From: Chiloscyllium plagiosum
Lineage: Eukaryota
Assembly (NCBI RefSeq): GCF_004010195.1
Contig: NC_057718.1
Location: 38,751,983-38,808,202, forward strand
DNA length: 56,220 bases
Direction of reading: 5' to 3'
In this document: piece by piece, positions 39,178 to 50,862 of the stretch
How the letters are laid out: every line of letters begins with the position of its first letter
Position numbering within the stretch: position 1 is the stretch's first letter
Program-made: the position numbers and the translations under genes
Notes under the pieces: generated by a model
Databases searched by the model: none
What the model saw: only the letters and a program-made list of their open reading frames with translations
Told to the model about the DNA's origin: nothing

Positions 39178-39480
39178 ATTAGATTCCCTACGGTGTGGAA
39201 ACAGGCCCTTTGGCCCAACCAGTCCACACCGACCCTCCGAAGAGTAACCCACCTAGACCCATTTCCCTCTGACTAATGCACCGAGCACTATGGGCAATTT
39301 AGTATGGCTAATTCACCTAACCTGCACATTTTTGGACTATGGGAGGAAACTGGAGCACCCGGAGGAAACCCATGCAGACAGGGAGAACATGCAAGCTCCA
39401 CACAGACAGTTGCCCGAGGCTGGAATTGAACCTGGGACCCTAGTGCTGTGAGGCAGCAGTGCTAACCACTGAGCCACCAT
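39178..39480 (-). mobile_element. HE1-like SINE
   Basis: Near-complete copy with A and B boxes, nested in a LINE fragment. Confidence 0.88.
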
Positions 39481-39989
39481 CCCTTCATTGACAGGCACGA
39501 ATGTATGCTTATAGTTACAGAACATTCAGCACCATTTGTGACTTTTGAGATACTGAAACAGCAAGATATGGACAATATCAAGCCTTGGATGGATAAATGG
39601 CCAGTGACATTTGTGCCTAAGATGTGCCAGATAATGACTATCTCCAATGGTTAAACAATTATCCATTAACATTTAATAGTATTGCCACCATTGAATTCCC
39701 CCACTATCAACATTCTTGGGCTTATGAGTGTCCAGAAAGTGAACTGGAACAGCCACTTAAATACTATTGCTACAAGAGCAGGTCAAAGGCTAGAAATTCT
39801 CAGGTGAGTAACTCACCTCCTGACTCCCCAAAGCCTGTCCCACCCCCTGCAAGAAACAACTCAGTGATGGAATATTCTCCACTTTCCTGCATAAATGAGA
39901 TCCATTTCACCATTGATACACATTGGCAGTGATGTGGGTACCATCAACAAGGTGCACTGCAATGACTCACCAAGGTTTCTTCAACAGTT

Positions 39990-40160
39990 AAGAGTGGGGT
40001 GCTGGAAAAGCACAGCAGGTCAGGCAGCATCCGAGGAACTGGAGAATCAACATTTCGGGCAAGAGCCCTTAATCAGGAATGAGGTTTGTGAGCTGAGGGG
40101 TTGGAGAGATAAATGAGGGAGGAAGGGGTGGTAGGAAGTGGGGCTGGGGTGAAGGATCAG
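39990..40160 (-). mobile_element. Penelope pLTR fragment with degenerate hammerhead
   Basis: Matches 11995-12085; the core reads CUGAUUA...GAAAUGUU. Confidence 0.75.
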
Positions 40161-40506
40161 AGCAGCACGGTGGCTCAGTAGTTGGCACTGCTGCCTCACA
40201 ATGCCAGGGACCCGGGTTTGATTCCAGCCTCGGGCAACTGTGTGGAGTTTGCATATTCTCCCAGTATCTGCATGGGTTTCCTCTGGTTTCATCCCACAGT
40301 CCAAAGATGTGCAGGTTAGATGAATTGGCATGCTAAATTGCCCACAGTGTCTAGGGGTGTGTAAGTTAGGTGCATTAGTCATTGGTAAATGTAAAATAAT
40401 AGAGTAGGGGAATGAGTCTGGGTGGGATAGTCTTCGGAGGGTCGGTGTGGACTGGTTGGGTCAAATGGCCTGTTTTCCACACTGTAGGGATTCTATGATT
40501 CTATGA
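40161..40506 (+). mobile_element. HE1-like SINE, full length
   Basis: gcagcacggtggctcagt...gggtttgattcc head and a (ttctatga)2 tail. Confidence 0.88.
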
Positions 40507-41148
40507 CAGCACCTTCCAAAATCACAACCTCTAGCACCTGGAAGGGCAGCAGATGCTGGGAACACCACCACCTGCAAATTCCCCTCCAAGTTTCACCCGA
40601 TCCGATATTGCTATTCTGCCATTGACTATTGGAAACAAGGAACAAAGGAGTTCTCAAGTTGCTATTTGGCCGGTCCACAAGCTGAACCTTGAAGGTCAGC
40701 GACATAAAGAAAACTCCTAGAGTAGCATTAGGAAGTGTGTAAGTTACAACCGGTATTTCTGGAGGCCCACTATGTGCTTGGAGAGAGATTGGAGGAGCCT
40801 GTCTCAGGCACTTCTGCTGCTTTCTGCCTTCATGAAAAGAGGTGCATCAAGTATCAGATACAGTAAGCAACTCAATGTATGCCGACCTGGTCAGTAGTGT
40901 GCACACTCAGTCTGTCATTGCAAGCAAGATAAGGAAAAGCCTGCCCTTTGCCACTCACTGAGCAAGGTGCAGTAAAGTGCCCTCCAGCACTTGGCTAGCA
41001 GAGACGTCCAGGTGGAACATGATATTGAAGATGGGAAAGGACGGTTGAAAATGGGGACTCTTCTCAAAGTGCTGTCACTTCTCATCCCTAGTACTATCCC
41101 TTATACAGAAACAGCCCCGAATGCTACTTGTTGTCCCAATCATGACAG

Positions 41149-41218
41149 CACACAGGTGGGCTACACAGGTAGCCCACCTGTGTGTCTACCACAGGTCTAC
41201 AGGTGGTAGACACACAGG
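41149..41218. repeat. Two overlapping perfect 16-bp inverted repeats
   Basis: 41149-41164 pairs with 41169-41184; 41177-41192 pairs with 41203-41218. Confidence 0.92.
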
Positions 41219-41869
41219 CAAATGGTGTCTACCATTGCTGTCCTTGGTCTTCTCAGCAGTGAACGCAAGGAAATGAGCAGACTGCCTGTTGGTAGCCATG
41301 GGACAGCATCACATGCTAGAATTAAAAAGTGGAAAAGGAAGACTCCTTGGTGGATCAAAACATTAAATGTATGAATATTTCAATGAACCAAGCATTTCAT
41401 TTGAAGTGTCTGTTATCATGCAATCTCCATTGTTGGTTCCTGAATTCCAAATGGACATTAGCTGACTGGAGTATGGTATGACTGAAGAGGAGCAAAGAAC
41501 TGGAATGTGTTAGAGTAATTTTTATTTGTGCAAATGATATGCATGATTGGAGGATGGGAGCTGGGGTGGGAGTGGGTTTAGTAATTGGCAGGTCGGGGTG
41601 GGCGGTGGCATATGGCTTCACATACTCAGGTTGTCTGAAGTATACCTGTCTGGCAGCCAGGTGAGCAGCTGCAGACAAAATGGCCAAATCTTCCTCCTTC
41701 CCTACAGCATCTTCAATCTTTCACAGCTCCATTTTTTTTCTGCAGTGCAACAATGTGCAAGACACAACAAAGCACGAGAATTCTTTGGTGCTGGTACATA
41801 CTGAAGGGTGCCCCTAGATCTGTCCAGATATTCCTTGTGCTGACTGGTTCCTCTCTTACTTTCCTTGGC

Positions 41870-42270
41870 ATTAGTGATTGGGGTTTAGAAAGACAAGAGG
41901 CCTCATTAAGATATAAAACATTCTGAAAGGACTTGATAGAGTAGGCCCTGACTGATTAGATTCCCTGATCAGGGGAAACAAACATAGGATCACTCTTAAG
42001 GAGAGGGGCCACTTGATGAGGATTGGGTGAGGATCAATTACTGAAAGGGTTGTGAAAATATGGAATCCACCGTTCCAGAGAATTGTGGATGCTTCATCAT
42101 TGAATATATTCAAGGCTGGGATAAATGGATTTTTGATCTTTCAGGGAATCAGTGGAACTGGGGAATGTGACAAAAAGATAGAATTAAAGACCAAGATTAG
42201 ACACAATCACATTAAATGGCAAAGCAGCCTCGATATGACAGTTTACTTCTGCTCCTATTTCTTGCATTCT
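41870..42270 (+). mobile_element. Old CR1 LINE 3' fragment
   Basis: IYKILKGLDRV-like and RVVKIWNPPFQRIVDASSLNIFKAGINGFL motifs. Confidence 0.7.
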
Positions 42271-43037
42271 TTGAGTCTCCTTGGGCCACTGAAATGTCAG
42301 CAGTTTTAATGCATTTAACTGTCACCATCTTCACATACTTCTCGGCAGTTAAAATCTTGCCCAGTCTGTAGAAGAACTCCTTCAGTAAAGTGCTCTGAAC
42401 TTCTGTATCAATAATTTGCCTTGTTATGTTTCAAAACAAAACTGAGATCTACTATTTTGTTAATAAAACCAATCCTTCCTGCTTAATTCCATTATTTACG
42501 TTAACTTAGCAACTGAGACAGAAATATAAATCTGATATAAATGCTGCACATTTAATCACTTTTCCCTCAATGCTGGTGATATCAAACAGCATTTAGTTGT
42601 TGATGTGCTACCTTGAATAGTTGTGGCAAGTTTTATTTTTCTTTCAAGAGCGCCAGTGTTTGATCTACACATCAAAATGTCTTGAGGCACCATTTTTAAT
42701 TCTGTGTGGAAATGTGCATGGACACATCCACTATTTCATCAAATGAACCAACAATTCTCAGCTGTGTATTACCCAGCATTTCCTTATGCAGATGTGTTCA
42801 TTCCAACCAACCGCCTTCAGATAATTGTGAGGATTAAATGATCTAAGGAAACCAAATCCTAAATGCTGAGAACCTGAGATAGGGATTGTTGAAATATAAA
42901 TACATCTTTGTCTACGCCAGGCAAAATTCCAACTCTCTATGACAATCGCATTACGTACTTAAAGACAAACTCTTTCTTTTTACAGTCTCTCTCTCTCCGT
43001 AGACACCAGCTCATATGTTTTCATTGATAACAACCAC

Positions 43038-43340
43038 TTTATTCAATCTAAGTAGTAACACTTCATTGAGAGAATGAATGTCACAAGATTGACTGTGGGA
43101 CAATCGAGTTCAATTCTGATCTTACTTGATATGCAGTCATGCATTTTCCAGTGTTTAGTTAATGATAGAATCAGGAGCAGAAATGTTAGCATATTTTCCA
43201 CTTCTAAGTTGAGGCACTGAGACCAGTTTTATCCTTTTGTTGTTCCAGATGACTTTGAATAATTCAACAGAGTAGAGAACAAGACTTTGACCTTGGTTTC
43301 GGTGTCTTAGTTGCATGGCTGAGCTATACTGTTCATGATG
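43038..43340 (-). mobile_element. Ancient LF-SINE-like element
   Basis: tttattca...ttgactgtggg...ttttccag...gatagaatcaggagcagaaa...ggcactgagaccagtt follows the order of the recalled LF-SINE reverse complement; highly diverged. Confidence 0.45.
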
Positions 43341-45290
43341 CTTTACTGAATTGTGTTGATTTTAAATAGAAATTCCAAAAAATCTGTTTAAACCTCCTGC
43401 AATGTAAAACCTTAGCAGTCATTCAATTCTTCATCCAAAAATAACACAAATATTTAAATTCTTAATATTTTGCCTCAGGCCAATGTTGCATATGTTTGTC
43501 ATGGTGGTCCACTAATAGTATGGAATTCATCCAAAGTTAATCTTCACTTTCAGCAACATCTTGTTTTCTGACAGAATGCAGTTCAAAGAATCAGATATAA
43601 AACAAAGAATCATAGAAATAGCAATGCTAGTGTGTCAACAGTGCCAGAATCTGGAGAAGTCTAATAGCATACAGGTAAAATCTCAAATTTGCAATAAAAT
43701 AGTGTCTTTCAACAGAACTGACAGTATACTTTATGTATTCAACAGAAATATACCCCTCATTAGACAGTATCGTTGCCCAGATTATCTTGTAATCAAAACA
43801 AATATTTTGTGAATGATGGTAATTGTTTTTATGGTTTAGTAAGTTACAATAATCATTGATTGAAGGGACATTCTTTGGCCAGACAACAGACAACGGTTAC
43901 CTCTGGTTCTTTCTATCTAAATTAAGCAACAGCCTGATCGATTACAACAGGCACTGGACTGAATGATAAACTAGTGCAACAAACCATGAAAATCACAAAG
44001 ACTGAAAATATAAGCTTTTCTGTTGAGGCAACACACATTTGACAATGGAGCAGAGAAGCTGAAAGTGGTATTGTAACTGTTTTAAGAAGATCTGCACATG
44101 AGATTTACAGTAGCAGGGATTACTTATTATTACAAGTGATTTGATGGACATGCAGCATTGACATGGTTTCACATGTAGTAAAGTTCTTTCATTGAAATCT
44201 GTTGCATGGGAACAAACATGCAAAGCAAGATTATTCAGATCTTGTTCTAACTTACTTTTTGACATCTAAGAATAACAAAATTATGGCATAAAAATTTATG
44301 TTGAAATTAGGCTCTGTTTGGACACTTTTTCTTCTTCAGGTGCAGAAACAATGGATTTAGACACTTCTTTTGTAGCCTTAATTCTGGAAAAGAATATATA
44401 TTTTGTGAACTATCGTATTGTTACAAACTAAAAATACTGCTTAGAAATAATTGTATAGAATCAGGGAGATGAAAGGATCTTCAGCCAATTAGAATAGACA
44501 TACAAAAGAAACAAAACAGAAAATTGTAAATCATAAACTTTTCACAGAAATTCAAGATGAAATGATGAAAGGGCAAACTAGAACTCAGAAGAGATGACTC
44601 ACAGATGCAGGAAAGGGAAAACCACCTAACCAAGGGTGGTATATAATAGGCCTGAAAGCGTGGAAAACATGGCAGGAATGGTGACTTAATTAGATGGGCA
44701 GTGAAATCCTGGTTTCCCAATCTCTAGTAGTCTTGAGAGCTCCCATTTACTGGAAATCTTCTGCACTGATGCAGGGATATCCCCCTGAAGCTTTATCTAT
44801 TGCAGGCAATGGGGTCAGTGGTAAAGGGGATGAGGAGAGGCCACTCACCCTGGGAGCAACCTGACAGAAAGTCCAAGTTGATTGTCATGTGTTCGCCGTT
44901 GCTGTCTGTGTGTTGGCACCTCCCTGTCTTTTGATGGGAAGGCATTCCAGAGGGAGATATAGGATCCTTTCTTCCTTTTTGTCTAGCCACTGCTGTGTGA
45001 ACCTATGGCTGATGCAACAGGATTTAAGGCCAATGGCTTAGTTGATGCTAACCTGTACATGAGGAAGCCATGGGTTCACGTGCCTGAGACTCAAAGGAAC
45101 TTAGCTTGCATGAATTATACGGTCACCTTTAAAAAGTCATACAACCCCTCTGATGTCTTTTCTACATATATTCCCCTTTGTTCCAGCTTCAACAGCTTTC
45201 TTGTGGTCCAACCAGAGGCCCATTATCAGAAAGGGCTTAGTCCCCAGCAATCTCCCAAGAGTCAAGTATTTAGTTGTCACAACCTACATT

Positions 45291-45501
45291 GTTAAAAATC
45301 ACAGAACACCAGGTTATAGTCCAACGAGTTTATTTGGAAGCACTAGCTTTTGGAGCACTGCTCCTTTATCATCAACCACCTGATGAAGGAGTGGCCCTCC
45401 AAAAGCTAGTGCTTCCAAATAAACCTGTTGGACTATAACCTGGTGTTCTATGATTTTTAGCTTTGTCCATGCTAGTCCAACACTGGCACCTCTAAGTCAT
45501 G
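45291..45501 (+). mobile_element. 211-bp palindromic Penelope-derived mini-element with TSD
   Basis: 81-bp inverted arms (45291-45371 and 45381-45461) homologous to 35900-35985; flanks acaacctacatt (45279-45290) and acatcctacatt (45502-45513). Confidence 0.85.
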
Positions 45502-46144
45502 ACATCCTACATTAGCTGCCAGGAGGTATGTGTAATGTGCTTGCTAAATTGTGTTTCCGATTCCAAATGCAAAATGTATAGGTGAAAATACACTAGTAGA
45601 GGGTATGGGTGAGACAGCTAGCAGTGCATCCTCTGGGTCACTGGTATCATTATTACTGGAGGAATAGTCTCAAGCTCCTCCTATGGTTGTGGTCAGGGCT
45701 TAAGATTGCAAAAAACAGTAGTGGATAGAATAAAGAACCACATTAAAGTCCAGCAGCATAAGGCATCATCGCATTTCCTAACATTTTCCTGTGTGTTCTT
45801 ATGTTAGCACCAGGTTGGATACATTCCCACTCTTGTGCCAGCTGTGATTAGTCAGTTGGCCTTCTGTTCTGAATCTGCATTGCCTTTTCCTTTTCAGAGT
45901 GAGTAGCTTCATTTTTGGTACTCCACACCAGTCCTTGACTTTGTGGTAGACGAGTGTTCATTGCAATAGAAAGATTCTTGAGTTTATTTTTTAAATTTCA
46001 AACAAACACAAAAATCATGTACAATTAAGGGAAACATGTTGTCCATTTAAATATTGGTATAGTCATCTAGAAACCATTCACCTTTTAGTAGCATTTAATG
46101 CATTTAATTCCTCTCCAACTAATTAGTTTACACTTAAAGATTGC

Positions 46145-47003
46145 TGTAACACAGGATATGTAAGTTTGAGAAGCAGAACTTACATTGCACATGTGACTTA
46201 ATAAAGGTTTATGATATATTATACGTTTTGGAAATTTAGATTCTAAAGTAGAGATAAATAGAGTTTGTTTTTAGTTCTGTGAAGGGGACTTTGTTTTTAA
46301 AAGATCAGAATGATAATTTTTGAATCTTTAAGAAAACCTGTGACTTAAGCTAAATGGTTACAAAAACTGTCTGGGGAGTTAATTGCTGAATGTTTATTAA
46401 GCTAAGTTCAACAACCTAATTGAAACCGATGTTTGAGACCACTAGCAGATACCAAGAAAAGAACATTTTTTACAGTTTTATTTAGTTCCATTTTGCTTTA
46501 GTTTTAATAGAAAGCTTCAGGCTGGAAAGGAGACTTTAATTTAAAGAGACACACAAGGAAAGACCTTGAGTTTCTCTGAAGGTTCAGGGAGAAAAGGTTA
46601 ACCTCTAATTTTGTCCCTAGAGGAGACAGAGAACTGTATCTGGTAAATGTGCAGAAAGTCCAAAAGGAAAAGCTTGTAACATTGTTAGTTAAGCAAAAAC
46701 TTAAAGCATTAAGATGAGTGATACTTCACTGATGGGAAAAAGGATTGAATTTTTATTTTTGCAGTTTAAGAAATGATTTTTCAAATTGTCTTACATACAT
46801 AGTACTGTGGGTTTTTTTTCTTTTCTTTGGTGTAACAAACTTACATTCCTTCACAATAGGTAAAATGGCAGCCTTTTGTGAATATGTTTAGTGTTTGACT
46901 ACCACAGTTACCAAATTGCAAAAAGGATATTTATGATCTAGTAAAATAAGGTTCACTCTGGAATCTGACTTATTCAGTATTACTATCAGCTGGGCTCATA
47001 TCA
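46145..47003 (+). mobile_element. Possible old solo LTR
   Basis: Begins TGTAAC and ends ...atctgacttattcagtattactatcagctgggctcatatCA; no clear TSD. Confidence 0.3.
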
Positions 47004-50000
47004 GGGTAATAATTTTAAAAATTAAAATAATCCTCCTCATTCTCCTTGTATGGTGCATATTACAAATGTCTTGTTATATGCTTACAGTTCTTTGCCCCTG
47101 ACCCTTTTGTCCCTGTATTACTTTAATATGTTTATTGTATGTATGTGCAGTGCTCGCCTGTCTTAATAGATAAAATGTTTGGCTCCAGTGAACTGTGTTA
47201 GAATTTGAGCAAATTGCAGAAAAAACGTGATAGCTTTTCAGAGTAATTACTCATAAGATCCAGAACTATTTATGTATAAAATCCAAAATAATGAAGTGTT
47301 CAAGTTTCTTTACAGAATACTGGGCTACACATGCTTAGATATTTTCTTTAATCATCATTTGCATTAACCACTTACCATCTTACAAAGAAGAGATTAAAAA
47401 ATGTTAACCATTTCTTCTCTTTCTTCCCCAAAGTTAGCCTAAAATCAGCTAAATGGCCGTTTAAGCAGTCACATACAAGGTATGAAAATGAGACAGTGAA
47501 ACTCTTGATTCTGTGTTCCTTTAAATTTTGTTAGAAAAAATAAGGAAGCCACAAGCTACTGGATAATAAGACTCTAAAAAGATGAGAGCAATAAAAGAAC
47601 CTGAGGTATAGAGACAAAATAGCAGTGGCACATATTAATAAGCCCATTATAAATACTAGTGTTCAATTCTGGAGGGAAAGAAAGTTATGTTGAGTTCATA
47701 TAGAAACTTAGTTGGAACACAATTTTAAGTATTGTATAGTTCTGGTCTCCAAGGTTCAAAATGATTACAGAGGCAGTGGAGATGGTGCAAAAATGATCCA
47801 CAAAGTTGATACCAAACCTAAGGGAATATTCTCTCACTAAAAGATGAATGTGCTGCAGTTCATTTTAATAGATGGAGGTATTTAATATTATGGAAAGGTT
47901 TAATAGTCAGGATTTTATTGGGGAGGTGGTGTGCCTGACAATGGATCTAAAAGTCAGGACTAAGCTCACCTTAAATGTTTTAGGGAGCCCTGGCCATAGC
48001 TTATATCTACCAAACCTGCACTGTTGACGTCATTTTGCATTGCAAACCAGCTGTCCAGCCAACTGAGCTAACCACGTCAGCTAAGGTTACCATGAAGGTC
48101 TAGTGTTTCCAATCTTGCCCCTCACCAGAGATGTGATGATGCTCAGGTTAAAGTCACCACCAGTGCCTCTCTCAGTTGAGAGAGCATCCCTGTAGTCCTC
48201 TGGAACTATAGCAAATTTATCTTTATGTTCATCAAGCAGCTCATGAAGCATCTTTGATCCTTATGTCCCAGTAAGGGACAGCCTCCAGCCTCTAAGAGCT
48301 GCGGGCCAATTGGAGGGTTACTCACTGTATTTCACTAACAAAATTATAGTAGGAAATTGGCACATATGTCACACAACGCCCGCCCTCCCAAATTTTCATT
48401 GCTTTTTCTTCTGTCCCATTCCTGTCAGCCCTGTAAAGCCCAAGCAGAAGTTTCCACTGTATGGTCTCAAAAACCAGCAGTACATTTGGAAGCTAGTTAT
48501 TAATAAACCTAAAGAGGAATTCAGGAGATAATTCCTCACTGAACTGTTCACTCTGTTGAGAATGTGGAATCAACTACAGCAAGGAAGTAGTAGAGGTGAA
48601 TATCATAGGTGCATTTTGGGGGAAGATAGGTAAAGGGACAGAGAAAGGAATGGAAGGTTATGCTGATGGGATTTGATGCAGAAAGGTGGAAACAGATTTG
48701 TGTGCCAGAAATGTCAATGTTAATGGGCTAAATAGTCTGTTTTCTCTTCACCTTCAGTCCTCTGTCTGAAACGCAGGTCTGATCTACAGGACCACATGCT
48801 CTAATATGGGTAGGATAAGGAGGCAGGGTCCTGAATCCATCATGGACTGAACAAGTTTTGAAACCCCTGCAGTGTTGGCACAAATTTGAACTATACCAGA
48901 ATACCAATCAACTGAGCCACCCAGGACTCCCCATAAAGTCTGGGTTGCTGTGGCAACATGCCATTTTTACATACCTTGTGGTCCTGGACTATGGATAATG
49001 ATGCTAGAGGCTCCAATTTCTTTCCACCACATGCCCACTATTGGTGTCTGTTAGAAAGGTTATGAACTCCTTGGCCTCAAGTTCTGGAATGGGACTTGAA
49101 ACCAGAACTTCTGGATCAGAGGCAGGGATGATACCCACCCTGCCACAACATCACCTATGGACTCAATGACCCTAATAGTTATTGCATGGGAAAGAAGTTA
49201 TGGTCAATGCTGCGGAGCTTTACCTTAAGAGACAGGTGCTGGTAATGCCATTGGATTAGTAAACTAGAACCCCAAACCAAAGCTCTGGAGACATGGTTTC
49301 AACTCTCTCCATGGCAACTGATGGAATTTAAACACAATTAAAACAATCTGGAATGGAAAGCCAGTCTCAGTAATGGTGACCCAAGAATGGGGGTTGTTGT
49401 AAAATATCATCTGTTTCACTAATGGACTTTAAGGAAAGAAATCTGGTTGATTCTTAAGTGATCCAGCAAGTCATTTAGTTCAAAGATGAAGAGGGATTGG
49501 CAACAAATAATGGCGTTGCCACTAACTTGCATTTGATGAAAGAATATTTTTAAATGTATACATGTTTTCTTTGTAAACTGTTTCTCCACACAGAAACCAG
49601 CCCGATGATCACAGGGAGATGACAGAGATTGAGGGAGATTCTTTATAAGAGGCTGCAACTAAGGATGAGGTAAACTTTTGTTGGTCTTGGGGATAGAGAT
49701 TGCCAAAGTGTGAGTATGGGAAGATATTGTGGTGAAGGGGATGACTGTGAGATTATCAGAAGTAGGAAAGTGAGAGTAGCTGGCCAGAAGGGCTTTGGAA
49801 GGATGTGTATGATCATGGAGAAGACTGGAAGTGAAAAATGGAGGTGAGTATCTCTAGTCATGGAGGGAGTTGATCTTTGGAGGGTTGTTAATGGGTAAAG
49901 TATTGATGAATTGTGGATTGGGACATTACCTCAGATTGCTTTGCCAGGTCTGGTGGAACCACTTCACACCAAAACTGTCCACAGTATTTCAGATGTAGTC

Positions 50001-50549
50001 TCATCAGCACCTTCTACAATTGCAGTAAGACTTTCCTACTCCCTTGAAATTAGTGCACTTATTACTCATTCTTAATCGCCTGGAGATGGTGCTTATGAAC
50101 CTGTTCTTTAGTGCACTTATGGTATGTATACTGTTGCTAGGTAGGAAATTCCAAGGTATTAATGCTACAACAATGAAGGTACTAAGATAAGAATCCAAGT
50201 TAGGATGGTGCATGACTTAGACAAGAAGTTGGAGATGATGGTGTTCCCTACATCTTGCAGCTTGAACTTTCTCTACAACTTCTCTGTCGCTGTAACACTA
50301 TATTCTGCATTCTGTTCTATTACCCTGATGTCCTTACGTAAAGTATGATTTGTCTTGTTACCATGCAAAACAATACTTTTCACTCCATCTCGGTACATGT
50401 GACAATAATAAATCAAATTAAATCATCATTGTGGCAGAGGTTGCAGTACAGTGAGGTGGGGCTGTGCATTCGATAGATTGTCCATACTCCAGTACCAGTG
50501 GTTCAAGGAGTTGATATGTCAATGAATATGAACATCTATCAAGCAAATT

Positions 50550-50862
50550 GATTAGATTACTTACAGTGTGGAAACAGGCCCTTCGGCCCAACAAGTCCAC
50601 ACCGAACCTCCGAAGAGCAATTCACCCAGACCCATTCCCCTACATTTACCCCATCACCTAACACTAGGGCAATTTAGCATGGCCAATTTACCTAACCTGC
50701 ACATTTTTTGGACTGTGGGAGGAAACCGGAGCACCTGGAGGAAACCCATGCAGACACAGGGAGAATGTGCAAACTCCACACAGACAGTTGCCTGAGGCGG
50801 GAATTGAACCCGGGTCTCTGGCGCTGTGAGGCAGCAGTGCTAACCACTGTGCCACCGTGCCA
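50550..50862 (-). mobile_element. HE1-like SINE (young, CpG-retaining)
   Basis: Head ggcacggtggcacagtggttagc...cgggttcaattcc on the minus strand. Confidence 0.9.

Noticed and set aside
40161..40235. tRNA gene
   Set aside because: The A and B boxes belong to a SINE head that continues into the SINE body; the same applies to the other copies.
48025..48032. CRE palindrome TGACGTCA as an enhancer
   Set aside because: Lies within a SINE-like repeat fragment with no supporting motif context.
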